A stretch of DNA of 64,000 bases, from positions 39,310,001 to 39,374,000 of the forward strand of contig NC_058368.1 in assembly GCF_018350175.1 (NCBI RefSeq), given 5' to 3'. The notes under the pieces are model-generated. The model was not told the origin of the DNA. It did not search any database and worked only from the letters and a program-made list of their open reading frames with translations. The DNA comes from Felis catus. Taxonomy: Eukaryota. Positions 10,901-24,243 of this stretch are shown here, piece by piece. Position numbers and translations under genes: made by a program. The stretch's first letter is position 1, and the number at the start of each line of letters is the position of its first letter.

Positions 10901-13544
10901 TTGAGCTCTAGTGTCTCTGGGAGAAGGAGTATATAGTAGACTGCTAGGAAAAACTTAGCAACAAGTGAAACATTGATATGAAAAATGGCTTTTAGAACTG
11001 TGTTTCCCATTCAAATGCCTGGCATAATAGAAAATATCTGTTCAGCACATTGGATAAATCAGGGGATATATTTGTATGTGCCTGAGTGAATAAATATTTT
11101 CTATAAAATGTTTTAAAGAGGAAAACAACACAAAATGTAAGGAAAGCATCAAATATTGCATTATAATAACATGCTCAAATATCAAACATAAAATCATAAA
11201 ATATAAATAATTATATAATATTTAATGAATAAATGTTGAGCCTGATCTCATGCAGTATACTGAAATGGCTAAAAAATTCTGGATCAATACTTCTTAAACA
11301 TGATAACTTCAAATTATTTTTTTTATTCAAGTATAATTAACATACAGTGTTACATTAGTTTCGGGTGCACAGTGTAATGATTCACCAATTCTACACATTG
11401 ATCAGTGCTCATCACCTTAAGTATATTATTAATCTCCTTCACCTATTTCACCCATCTCCCACTTACCTTCCCTCTGGTAACTATCAGTTTGTTCTCTACA
11501 GTTAAGGGTCCGTTTCTTGCTTTGTCTCTTTTTTCCTTTGTCCATTTGTTTTGTTTCTTAAATTCTAGATATGAGTGAAATCATACGGAATTTGTCTTTC
11601 TCTAATTTATTTCACTTAGCTTTATGCCTTCTAGATTCATCCATGTTTTTGCAAATGGCAAGATTTCATTCTTTTTATGGCTGAGTAATATTCTGTATAT
11701 ATGGAATTACACACACATATTTATACCACATATATACATATATATCACATACATCACATATATCTATATCATCTATATGTATATCACATCTTCTTTAGCT
11801 GTTCATCTATGGATGGACACTTGAGTTGCTTCCACATCTTAGCTAGGTAATAATGCTACGATAAACATAGGGGTGCATATGTCTTTTCAAATTAGTGTTT
11901 TCATTTTCTTTGTGTAAATATCCAGAAGTGGAATTACTGGAACGTAATTGTATTTTTACAAAAATACAATGGTAATTGTATTTTTAATTTTTTTGAGGAG
12001 TTGCCATACTGTTTTTCACAGTGGATACACCAGTTTGTGTTCCCACTAACACAGCGTTCCTTTTTCTCCTTATCTTCACCAATACTTGTTATTTCTTCTG
12101 TTGTTGTTGTTTATTTTACCCATTCCAACAGGTATGAGGTGTTATCTTATTATTGTTTAGAATTGCATTTCCCTGATGATTAGTGATGTTGAGCATCTTT
12201 TTTTGTGTGTCTGTTGGCCATCTGTCTACTTTGGGAAAATGTCTATTCAGGTCCTCTGCCCACTTTTAATTGCATTATATGTTTTTTGGATGTTGAGTTG
12301 TATAAGTTCTTTATATATTTTGGATATTAACCCTTTATTGGATATGTCATTTACAAATACCTTCTTACATTCGGTAGGTTTCATTTTGGTTTTGTTGATG
12401 GTTTCCTTCACTGAGAAAAGATTTTTATTTCATTGAAGTCCCAATAGTTTAATTTTGCTTTTGTTTCCTTTGCCTGAGGAGTCCTATCGGTAAAAATTTT
12501 TCAATGGCTGATGTCAAAGAAATTACTGCCTATGTTATCTTTGAGTAATTTTATGGGTTCAGATTGTACCTGGAAATCATTAATCCATTTTGAGTTTATT
12601 TTTGCATGTGGTGAAAAGGATCCAGTTTCATTCTTTTGCATGTAGCTGTCAAGTTTTCCTAGCACGTCTGTTGAAGACACTTTTTCCCATTATATATTCT
12701 TGATTCCTTTGTCATAGTTTAACTGACCATAAAAACTTGGGCTTATTTCTGAACTGTGCACCATGTTTTATTGATCTAGTGTCTATTTTTGTGTCAGTAC
12801 CATACTACTTTGATATACTTTGTAGTATATCTTAAAATCTGGGATTGTGATACCTCCAGTTCTGTTCCTCTTTGTCAAGATTGCTTTGGCTATTTGAAGT
12901 CTTTGGTGGTTCTGTACAAATTTTACAATTATTTGTTCCAGTTCTGTGAAAAATTCCATTGGTATTTTGATAGGGATTGCATTAAATCTGTAGATTTCTT
13001 TGGGTATTAACAACATTTTACAATATTGGTTCTCACAATCTATGTGCATGGAATATCTTTCCATTTGCTTGTATAATCTTCAGTTTCTTTCATCAGTGTC
13101 TTTTGGTTTTTGGAGTGCAGTTTTTTCACCTCTTTGGTTAGGTTTACTCCTAGGTATTTTATTCTTTTGTGTACAGTGGATAATGGGATTGTTTTAGTAA
13201 TTTCTCTTTCTGTTGTTTCATTATTAGTGTATAGAAATGCAATGGATTTCTGTACATTGATTTTGTATCTTATAACCTTACTGAATTCATTTATCATTTC
13301 TAGTAGACAGTGGTGGAATCTTTAGGATTTTTAAATATAGGATCATGTCATCTGCAAGTAGTGAAAGCTTTACTTCCTCATTGGATGCCTTTTATTCTTT
13401 TTTTTTTTTTTTTTGTCTGATTGCTATGTCTAGGATTTCCAGTACTATGTTGAATAAAAATGGTCAGAGTGGACATCCTTGTCTTGCTTCTGATCTTAGG
13501 GAAAAAGCTCAGTTTTTACCATTGAGTATTAGCTGTGGATTTGA

Positions 13545-13753
13545 TTTGTTTTTGATTTATTATTGTTTCTTTTTAATGTTTATTTATTTTTGAGGGAGAG
13601 AAAGAGTCAGAGAGTGTGCACTGGAGAGGGATAGAGAGAAAGGAGACAGAGGATCCAAAGCAGGCTCTGCACTGACAACAGAAAGCCCAATGCAGGGCTC
13701 GAACTCATGAACCATGAGATCATGAAACAACTGAGCCACCCCGGTGTACCCCC
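13545..13753 (-). mobile_element. Can-SINE nested in the L1
   Basis: Reverse SINE body (GGCTCGAACTCATGAACCATGAGATCATGA...GAGCCACCC) interrupting L1 ORF2. Confidence 0.88.
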
Positions 13754-16700
13754 ACAGTTTTCGAAATGTTGTTGTTAACTGTGGACTTTACGTATTTGGC
13801 CTTTATTATGTTGAGGTATGTTTTCTCTAAACCTACTTTTTGAGATATTTTAACATGAATGTGTGTTGTACTTTATCAAATGTTTTTTTCTTCATCTACT
13901 GAGATGATCATGTTTTTTATTCTTTTTCTTCTTAATGTGATATATCATGTTGATTGATTTCCAAATATTGAACCACTCTTGCATCCCTGGCATAAATACC
14001 AATTGATCATAGTGAATGATTTTTTTAATGTATTGTTGGATTCAGTTTGTTAATATTTTATTGAGGATTTTTGCATCTGTCCATCAGGGATATGGGCCTG
14101 TAGTTTTCTTTTTTGTTATGTTTTGTAATGTCTGTGTGTGGTTTTGGTATCAGGGTAATGCTGGCCTCATAGAAGGAATTTAGAATCCTTCCTCTTCTAT
14201 TTTTTGGAATAGTTTGAGAAGAACAGATATTATCTTTTCTTTGAATGTTTGTTAGACTTCACCTGTGATGCCTTCTGGTCCTGGACTTTGTTTATTATGA
14301 GTTTTTTGATTACTGATTCAATTTCATTGCTACTGATTAGTCTGTTCAGAGCTTCTGTTTCTTCCTGATTCAGTTTTGGATGATATATGTTTCCAAGAAT
14401 TTATCCATTTTTTCTACTTTGTCTAATTTGCTGGCATATAATTTTTCATAATCTCCTATTATCCTTTGTATTTCTGTGGTGTGTGTTGTTATTTGTCCTT
14501 TCTCATTTCTGATTTATTTATTTCAGTCTTGCTTTGTTTTCTTTTTCTTTTTTTTTTAAGAGTCTGGGTAAACGTTTATCAATTTTGTTGATCTTTTCAA
14601 AAACTAGCTTCTTGTTTCACTGATCTGTTCTTTGTTTTTGTTTTTGTCTTTTGGTCCCTATTTCATTATTTCTGCTCTATTCTATATTATTTCATTCCTT
14701 ATACTGGCTTTAGACTTTTTTGTTCTTCTTTTTTTTTATCTCCTTTAGATGTAAGGTTAGGTTGTTCGAGATTTTTTGTGTTTCTTGAGGTATGCCTGTA
14801 TTGCTATAATGTTCCCTAGTAGAACAGCTTCTTGCTGCATTCCAAAGATTTTGGACCAGTGTGTTTTCATTTTCATTTTTCTCCATGCATTTTTTATTTC
14901 CTCTTTGATTTCTTAATTAACCCATTAATTGTTTAGTAGCGTGATATTTAGACTTTGTGTATTTGTGTTCTTTCCAGATTTTTTAAAATTGTTTTCTAGT
15001 TTCATACCATTGTGCTTGCAAAATTTGCATGACATAATTTCAGTCTTTTTTAATTTGTTGAGACTTGTATTATGGCATAATATGTGATATGTTTTGGGGA
15101 ATATCCATGTGCACTTGAAAAGAATATGTATTCCTCTATTTTGGAGGTGGAATGTTCTGAATATATCTGGGAGATCTATCTTGTTCAATATGTCATTCCA
15201 TGCCACTGTTTCCTTGTTGATTTTCTGTCTGGTTGATATAGCCATTAATGTAAATGAGATGTTAATGTCCCCTACTATTATTGTATTACTATCAGTTTCT
15301 TCTTTTATGTCTGTTTATAAGTTGCTTTATGTATTTGGGTGCTTTCATGTTTGGTGCATGAATATTTACAATTGTAGATTTTCTTGTTGGACTATTCCCT
15401 TTATTTATGCTGTGTCCTTCTTTGACTCTTGGTACAGTCTTTGTTTGAAAGCCTTTTTTGTTTGATATTGGTATTGCTACCCCAACTTTCTTTTCACTTC
15501 CATTTTCATGATAAACGTTTTTCTATCCCTTTACTTTCAATCTGCATGTGTCTTTAGGTCTGAGTCTCTTATAGGCAGCCTATAGGTGGGTCCTGCTTTT
15601 TTATCCATTCAGTCACCATTTAGTCCATTTACATTTATAGTAATTATTGATAGGTATGTACTGATTGCCATTTTGTTACTTTTTTTACAGTTGCTTTTGT
15701 AGTTCTTCTCTGTTCCTTTCTTTTCTTGCTCTTTTCCCTTGTAGTTTGATGGCTTCCTTTAGTGATATGCTTGTATTCCTTTATCTTTATCTTTTGCATA
15801 TCTATTAAACGTTTTGATTCATGGTTACCATTAGATTGATATGTAACATCTTCTGCATATAGCAGTCTATATTAGGTGATGCTCACTTGAGTTTAACCCA
15901 TTCTGAGAGTACTAAATTTTTATCCCCTCCCATGTTTTATGTATATGATGTCATACTTTACATCCTTTTATTTTGGATGAATCCCTTGACTGTTTTTTAA
16001 AGATATTATTGATTGTACTGTTTTGCTGCTTTTGTCTTTTAACCTCTATGCTGCTTTTTTTCTTTTCACCACCATACTTGTTTTATAAGTGATTAATTTA
16101 CTTTTATTATGTTTGTATTTACTAGTTAAATCTTTCCTTTCCTAATTTTTTTACTCCTGATTTTTCCACTCCTTTTCTTCCCAAAGAATTCCCTTTAATT
16201 TTTCTTGTAAGGCTGGTTTACTGATGATGAACTCCTTTTACTTTTGTTTGTCTGGGAAACTATATTTTCGTCTATTCTGAATAATAATCTCACTGGATAG
16301 AGTATTCTTGGTTTTTCCTTTCAACACTTTGGCACTCCCTTCTGACCTGTTAAAGTTTCTGCTGAAAAATTCCACTGATAGTCTTATAGGATTTCCCTTG
16401 TATGTAACTGTTTTCTTTTCTCTTGCTGCTTTTACATTTCTCTTTTTCACTATTTTTTTTTTTTTTTTGCTATTTCAATTATAATATGCTGTGATGTGGA
16501 CTTCCTTGGGTTGATTTTGCTGGGGACTTTCTCTGCTTCCTGTACTTGGATGTCTATTTTCTTCCTCCAAATTAGAGAAGTTTCTCAGCTGTTATTTCAT
16601 CAAACTTTCTGCCTCCTTTTCTCTCTCTTCTCCTTATGGGCAGCCTATAATGCAAATACTATTATGTTTGATGAAGTTGCTGAGTTCCCTTAACCTATTC

Positions 16701-16859
16701 TCATTTTTTATTATTATTTTTTATTTTACTGTTCAGCTTAGTTGCTTTCCATTTCTCTTTTTTCCAACTCACTGATCCATTCTTCTGCTCCCTTTAACCT
16801 ACTTTGATTCCCTCTACTGTACTTTTTATTTAATTGTTGAGTTCTTCATCTCTGATTGG

Positions 16860-16862
<3 letters not shown>

Positions 16863-16896
<34 letters not shown>
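16863..16896. repeat. (TG)17 microsatellite inside the L1
   Basis: Directly visible. Confidence 0.97.
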
Positions 16897-16900
<4 letters not shown>

Positions 16901-19748
16901 TATTTTCATTTCTATCTTGAAAGTCTCAATGAGATCCTCCACTCATAGGTCCAGTAAGTATCATTCTGATCATTATTTTGAATTCTCAATCAAGCATATT
17001 TCTTATCTCTGTTTTAATTAGCTCTTTTGCTGTGATTTTATCCTATTCTTTCATTTGGAACATATTTCTCTTTCTCCTCATTTTGTCTAACTCTCTGTGT
17101 TTTTTCTATGTATTAGGAAATCCAGCTCTGTCTCCTGATCTTGAAAGTAGTAGCTTTATGAAGAAGAAGTCCTATGGTGCCCTGCCATGTAATGTCCCCT
17201 GTTCACCATAACCTGGTGCTTCAGGGGTGTCTCCTATGTGGATTATGTGTGCCCTGCCATAGTAGCTGAGCCACATTTGCCTTGAGTCCTACTGGCTGCC
17301 ATGGCCCACTTTGCCTGTTGTGGGCGGAGTTTAGTCCCCTTTCTGTAAAGGGGCCAGTCTTGGGCTGCCTTGAGGTTGTAGTTGGGTCAGACCAGATGAC
17401 TGCCCTCATCCCATTTGCTGGACTGCAGTCACATGGAATGGCAGAGTTCTCTCCTCGTGCTGCCTCCTGTGAGGTTTTTGTTGGTGGGTAGAGCCAGTAG
17501 TCTGATTATTATCTACCTCCAACCCACTCCTGGGCTTGCAGAGACAGGTATGTGTGGTTTTATCTTCCCCTCTCCCAAGGGCAGGTGTCACTTTGGAGTG
17601 GCACTTGTTACTGTCAGGGCTGCTTGCATAATGAGATGTGTCAGGAACCACTTTGGAGGGACTCCTGCAGAGTGGGTCAGATTTCATGAGACAGATCTGA
17701 AGGAAAATGTGGGGCAGGATGCATGGTGTTAGCAAGCTAGGTGGAGCGTGTTGGAGCCAGTTCCTGCCAGTGTCCAGGTATCTAGGCTGTTGGAAAGGAG
17801 GAGGAAAATGGTACCCACCAGCTCTTTTGTTCTTGGAGAAGTCTAAGTTTCCCTACCTCTCCAGCACATGCTCTGAGATTAGAAAATCTTTCCATATACC
17901 TGAGGGACTTTTCAAAGTGGTGCTTCTTTGCTGTACATCAGTGAGGTTTTAGTTATGCTATCTCCCTGAAGGCAGGGACACAGTTTCCTATCACCCTCTG
18001 GCTCTCCCAAAGCAGAACTTGCCGATTTTTAAAGTTTATGGAATTAAACCCCCACTGATTGTCTAAACTCACGAAGTTAAATCCCACTGGTTTTCAAAGC
18101 CAAATGTCACAGGGACCTATCTTCCTAATGGAGGTCCCCAGTATCTGGGGTGCCTGGTGTGGGTTCTCTTCTTCTCCCTTTTCTATGCTTGTGACTTTTC
18201 TATGCTGGTGACTCTCCAGTTTGTGGTTAATCTCACCAGGAGTTTGGTTACTGACTGCATCTCCACTCCTCCTACCATTTTTCATGTGACCTCTTCTCTA
18301 AAATTAACCATGGAAAGTCTTTTCTTGAGGTCATGATCTGGGTTAGTTGCAATGATATGGCTGTTATCTAGGGACAAGGTGAGTTTACAGTGCTCCTACT
18401 CTGCCATCTCTCGAAGCTCCAATCTTTTCAAATTCTTGATATCAGGATTGACTACAAACGTTCACATGAGTAGCTGCTAAAAAAATAAATATTTTTTACA
18501 ACCATTCAAAATTTAACAACAGTTAAAATTATATTATTAATGAAAGCCGCATTTCAGGAGCACCCCTCTGTTAGATAAGATGCTTCCTGTTTCATGAATC
18601 ATTTAAGAAAGCCAGTAAGATTTTCAAATTTAAAAATGTCTCTTTCATTTCATTCATATAATGTTGCAGTTGTAAATTAATTTTATTTCGGTTGAATTCT
18701 TCTTACCTAATATTTCAAAAAATTAAGAAGATTGTTAAAGCAATCTTACAGTGACCAGCTTGGATGCCACTGAAAGGATATATCAACCACAAAGAGAGAA
18801 ACGTATGTACATGAAATGTACATGAAAAGTTAGATATTCAAGGGTCTATAGACTAGAGCTATGCCCAGCGAGGTACACTGCCCAATTCCTCTACTCTCTC
18901 TCACATATGTAATAAACATATGTCTTTTCCTGACATATTTTTTTGCCGGGTGTTTTGTTTTCTACATCCTGAAGAATTAACTCTAAGAACCTACACAGGC
19001 ATTTTATCTACCATATATGGTGCTCTCTACTGATGCTGTTGAAGTCAGTATCTTCAGAACAGAACTGATCCTTGGTGGCCATGTTTAGCACATTTTGGCA
19101 GGATAGCGTGTGCTAAATATCACTCTCGCTTTCTACCTGCAGTTACCACAAAATATGGCATCTAACCTTGCTTCAAAAGTACCATCCTACCAGAACCCTC
19201 TGCCCTGTGGCCAGAGATGACAAGCCTAAAATCTCTAGCCACCCTAGGCACTGGCCACCACCCCGAGGACAAGTATTAATTTCCTAGTGCACCTATGGGG
19301 TATAATCATTTGGAAGGTCTAATATGGAAAGCTCTTACACTATAGAAGAATGCTGTGGTAATGTATGTAAGAACTAGAAAGTGCTGGCTCACATGAGACA
19401 GGCGAGATTAAATGTAAACAAACAAAACAACACTAATAATTTGTGGAAACTTAACTATTACTTAGTCAATTGGTGTTAAAAAAAACCCTCAAAAAGTTAG
19501 AAATTAGATCAATCTGGATTTAAATCTTAGATTTACATCTTTTTAAACATGTATTGCAATGGCTCAAAGTTTAATCTTCATCATTCTCATATGCTATAAA
19601 TGAAAGCGACAACTATTTTAGAATAAAGCAGGTATCTAGAAAGGAGTTAACAAAGCAATGAACTAAATTGACAAAACTATGTATTGTAAAATAATATATA
19701 GTAGCAAATACTTTTAAGCAACCCATTTTCATAATAAAACAATAATGA

Positions 19749-19923
19749 ACTGGTTCTCAAAGTGTGGATCCCAAACCAGCAGATCAGAACACCTGGAAAT
19801 GCAGATGTTAAAAAGCCACTCCAGAACTTACTGAACCAGAAACTCTGAGCAGAGGGCCTCCAGTCTGTGTTTTAGCAAACCCTTCAGAAGAGTCTGATGC
19901 ATGCTGAAGTTTGAGAACCCCTA
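19749..19923. mobile_element. MER5A-like hAT-Charlie DNA transposon remnant
   Basis: GGTTCTCAAAGTGTGG...GAAATGCAGA...CAGAAACTCTG...AAGTTTGAGAACC with inverted termini. Confidence 0.8.
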
Positions 19924-21442
19924 GTTTGGTGAATCATGGAGCATAAATACATTTTTTTTTGCATTGCTGAAATGAACATTTTGAGAACCAAGCATAAGCA
20001 AGTTATATTCTATTAAATATAAATGCAAATAAGGCACTTCATATCAAAATTACATAAAATTATATGGGTGTGATCAAGGAAATTAGTACACGATTATGAA
20101 AATAGGCACAGTTTAAATTGGAGGTCTGGTAGAAGAATTAGTCTTTGCATAGTTGTTGGAACGGATTTTCAGAGTTCTCATTTCTTCTGTATCTGTAGAA
20201 GATAGCAATCAATATTCTCACAATTTAAGAAATGAACATAACTGATCACATATAGGTACATTAATGGAAGACTAATAATGTGCACTGTTATAAGGAAATA
20301 CTCTTTTTATGATTTGAATGAACAAATACTTATTCATTTAACAGAATTCTTTTATTAAATGTTTGAGTCATTATATTTTAAATGCTTGCTAGTCAATTAC
20401 ATATCTCAGAAAGTATTTCATTTGTTTTATATTTATTAACTATAATAAACATACAGTAAGACTTACAACCAAGACAACAGGAAGGGACAAGGTACATTTA
20501 AATATTAAGTAAGAACTGTATTATCTATTTGCCTTGTCCTCAAAAAAATGTTTTTCTTATGCTTCTTGCACAGTATTATTTTAGTCACTGAAATTTAAAA
20601 TTTCTCCAACATTCTCTTTTATTTTATATAATTTTAATGCTAAATTCTAAAATACAAATATAATTGTAACAAAGATCTGTAACTAAGACAAGTGGAAAAC
20701 ACTAAAATCATAGTTTTTATTTATATTGTATTACTTTATTTCTGTCTATTCATAATCTAAGTTTATTTATTCATAAATCAAGGTCACGAATATTATAAAA
20801 GGAAAATTGGAGCATATAGGGAAAATTTTGCTAAAATGTCATTATTTTCAACACAATGGAGAGGCTAATATTTAAATAGCTTTTCTACATCAATTCCTAA
20901 CAAAACCTTTGGAATAAAATAGGTAATAAAGCAATACAAGTAAGTAATATGGTACAATCCTACTCCCTTATACTTTTGGGGGGGGGAACATAAGAAATTT
21001 ATGTTAAAAAATATAAAGTTAAAAAAATACAATGTTTTGTTGTAAGAGAGATACAAATAGTATTAGAAGGGTGAAAATCAAGAAAGATGGCTTCTACGGT
21101 TTTGTTCAGAGAATTTTTAGAACCTTAATCTCTAAAAAAGTAATCAGATAACTGCAAAAAGTTCAATTCTGCTTCCAATTTTTGCTTGAATTTATTTATA
21201 ACATTTCCACAATCAAAGAAATTAATGGTTACATGCAGTGAAATAAAAAAGAAATAGAATCATTACTAGGCTTGAAAATATGGTATTTTTCTTTTTTTTT
21301 TCAACACTAATCTCATGACTATCTATCAATGACTAAAAAGCATACTTAAGATAAAAAAAAAATGGATTCTTTTACAATAGGATGATTTCTACTCTGAATT
21401 GAAAACTTGGGTCATTACCTTAAGATTATAGTTTGTGCCTAG

Positions 21443-21450
21443 TATAAATA
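21443..21450 (+). promoter_or_regulatory. Candidate TATA box (TATAAATA) with an initiator-like CCATCC, +1 at 21471
   Basis: Sequence motif at canonical spacing, followed by a GTG|GTAAGC donor; no expression evidence. Confidence 0.35.
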
Positions 21451-22149
21451 GAACATGATGGGCCCCTGCCATCCTTTGGATTCAGGAGAAACATTGCACG
21501 TTTGGTAACTGTGGTAAGCAGCATAAAAACTTTCTATTATAGAAGCTCAGTTTTACAAAAAACTTTTTAAAACTCACTACGAAATAAAGCTATTCATTTG
21601 TGAATAGGACATTATCATCTACTGAATAACTGAATGCAAGATCATTTATCATTTTCAGTCTCTGACACCTTTTGCACAGTGAAAAAGGTATGTGATTACA
21701 GAATAATTTGGAATAATATAAAAATACAACCTTACAAATTGCACAAGAACACCATTATACTTATGTTAATAATGCAATGCACTATTTTGATTTCTAACTG
21801 ACTTTTGGCATGTTTTATAGTATTTTTCCAATTTTTAACAAGGTGAAAACAACTGCAAAATTTGAATTATGAGAGAATCTTTGTTTCTTGTAGAAACTGA
21901 GCTTATGCCTATACATTAATGTAATTTCAAAGAAAGTTTCTCTAAATTCTGTGAGATCAATTATTCTTTTACCAAAGTACCAGTTACCATTCACAATAGA
22001 AAACAGTTCTGTTCTCTGGGACTAGATCAGACCATCCCTCATCATAGCAGATATGTTCCCTGCTGAGTTTTTTTTTTTTCTTTTAATCATTCCACTCAAT
22101 TCTAACCTTTTTGTCTTCTGAATTATACATGAAATTTTACTAGTTAACG

Positions 22150-22883
22150 TGGTAAATGACCATGATGGCCTTAGCATTCCCTTCAGCTTGACTAAGTTTC
22201 TTTCTGACTACTGGTCTATGACCTTCCTTTCCTTAGAGTGTTTGCTTTAAAAATCTTACAGTTAGAAATGCTTTTTCTACCCCCTTGAGACTTAAATCTT
22301 CTCCCAGCCTCTCGCCAGGTTTGAAACTCTGGAATGTCTTTCAAGGGCCCAGGAACCATATGTTTGAAATGTAAATATAATCATCAATAAAGATAGAACC
22401 CCTGTCTCCAAAGGTCTATGGGAAAGTAGGATCCTAACTTTGATAAGTGCCAATTAGGAAGCACCAGTGGTCTAATCACACTGACCAACCTCCCTCCTAA
22501 CATCTGGTACTTTTCCACTAATTCAGCCCAGTGCTTAAAAACTCTCCTTCCTTTTGTATCGATAGTGTTGAGATCAATCTCTCCCTATTGCTGTAGACTC
22601 TAGTAAACTCTTCCTTTCTCCTTTAATTTTTCTGATACAGGGGCGCCTGGGTGGCACAGTCGGTTAAGTGTCCGACTTCAGCCAGGTCACGATCTCGCGG
22701 TCCGTGAGTTCGAGCCCCGCATCAGGCTCTGGGCTGATGGCTCGGAGCCTGGAGCCTGTTTCCGATTCTGTGTCTCCCTCTCTCTCTGGCCCAACCCCGT
22801 TCATGCTCTGTCTCTCTCTGTCCCAAAAATAAATAAAAAACGTTGAAAAAAAATTTTTTTTCTGATACAATTTCTCTTTGACA
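22150..22883 (+). mobile_element. Old ERV1 solo LTR (MER67-like) with a SINE inserted near its 3' end
   Basis: AGCATTCCCTTCAGCTTGACTAA...CTTAGAG...TAAATCTTCTCCCAGCCTC matches the recalled MER67 consensus; ends TTTGACA. Confidence 0.7.
22640..22853 (+). mobile_element. Young feline Can-SINE
   Basis: CpG-rich consensus-like body GGGGCGCCTGGGTGGCACAGTCGGTTAAG...; TSD TTTTTCTGATACA. Confidence 0.97.
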
Positions 22884-24018
22884 TAAGCTACCAACATGTT
22901 GTCAAACTTAGAAGTTACATTATTTTCATGGAGAATTATAACTTTTGCTTCACATTTCCTTGTTTAATGAGTTAAGAAATAAGTTTGAAGGTTATGAATA
23001 TAAACCTAAAAGCAAAATTGAAGTTTATATTTTAGAAAAGAACACTTTCCCTGCCCTCATAATGAAACCCTACTCTATTAATGATATGATCCTACAGTCT
23101 TCCTAGCTATCTTGACTTGAAACATTGAGCCTAATATATTCAACATTTATTGCACATCTATTGTATACCACACAACTAAGCTGTATCATATTATCTCAAT
23201 CTGTTTTAAGTAAAGATCTGGGAAAAAATCTTTCCTTCTCATTAGCCATTTAAAGATAGACTGTGTCTAATGATTCTTGTATTCCCAATAGCACCTATTA
23301 TTGTACTTTGGATAACAGGCATTTAATACTTTTAGATTGAGGCATAGAATTCATTTTGTTCACTTAAGTTTCAAAGTCAATTTCTTTTAGAAATAAAATA
23401 CATGATATGAAAATTTGTTACTTTTATAATTATATAATGTATATTACGTGCAATTTTATAAAATTTGTGTGTTCATCCTTATCTATTAGCTTGTATTTTA
23501 AGGTACAAATAAATACAAACCATGTATCTTTGAACACACAAGCATAGATTTGTTTGTATGAAAACATAACCAAAATTTCAAGTCTTAATAATAAATTATC
23601 TAATAAAATGTATTAGATAACATCTAATACATTAGATAATATCTAATATCTAATAAAATGTATTCCTAAAAGGAATAATACATTCCTAAATCTAGTAGTC
23701 ACTGGATTTGGGGGAACAAGTGGAATCATAATAAAAAATAATATTTTAAATAATTACTTAAAATACAGAAGACAAAATTTAGGCAAGCAAGTCTAAAATA
23801 CAGAAATTAACTCCAAGAACCATCTAGATGACAAGAAGGACCTAAACTTGGAAAAGCAGTAGTAAGAATGAAATGAAAGGATATATAAAAAGTAAGTTAG
23901 GACCACGAATGTCCATGTTTATTAACAGTGTGGAAAAGGAAAGAGTTAAATACAACTCTAAGATTTCCAGCTTGTGTGACAAGGGGTAGGGGGATGCTGA
24001 ATAGAAATAGACTAAAGA

Positions 24019-24243
24019 GTGGTGCCTGGGTGGCTCAGTGGGTTGAGCATCTGACTCTTGGTTTAAGCTCAGGTCATGATCTTGAGGCTTCATGGGTTCT
24101 AGCCCTGTATTGGGCTCTGCTCTGGCAATATGGAGCCTGCTTGGGATTCTTTCTGTCTCCCTCTCTTTCTGCCCCTTCGCACTTGTGCTCGCTGTCTCTC
24201 TCAAAATAACTAAACTCAAAAAAAGAAAAAAAGGAAATAAAAA
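24019..24243 (+). mobile_element. Older Can-SINE, apparently within an L2 remnant
   Basis: GTGCCTGGGTGGCTCAGTGGGTTGAGCATCTGACTCTTG head, CT tract, A-tail; AGACTAA on both sides. Confidence 0.9.

Larger units (their letters stand above)
11316..18420 (-). mobile_element. Essentially full-length but decayed carnivore LINE-1
   Basis: Minus-strand order: 5' end (GAGATGGCAGAGTAGGAG near 18400), ORF1 remnant (KAAREKKTVTYKGNPIRLS, 16238-16450), ORF2 start near 15671, endonuclease remnant (14925-15245), RT-region remnants ([15 protein letters not shown] 13040-13297; [12 protein letters not shown] 12783-13064), 3'UTR and poly-T near 11316; many stops and frameshifts. Confidence 0.93.

Noticed and set aside
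17221..18285. Cluster of overlapping ORFs in GC-richer DNA
   Set aside because: Lies in the L1 5'UTR, where higher GC gives longer chance ORFs
22640..22720. tRNA-like sequences with A/B boxes (here and at other SINE heads)
   Set aside because: They are tRNA-derived Can-SINE heads, not tRNA genes
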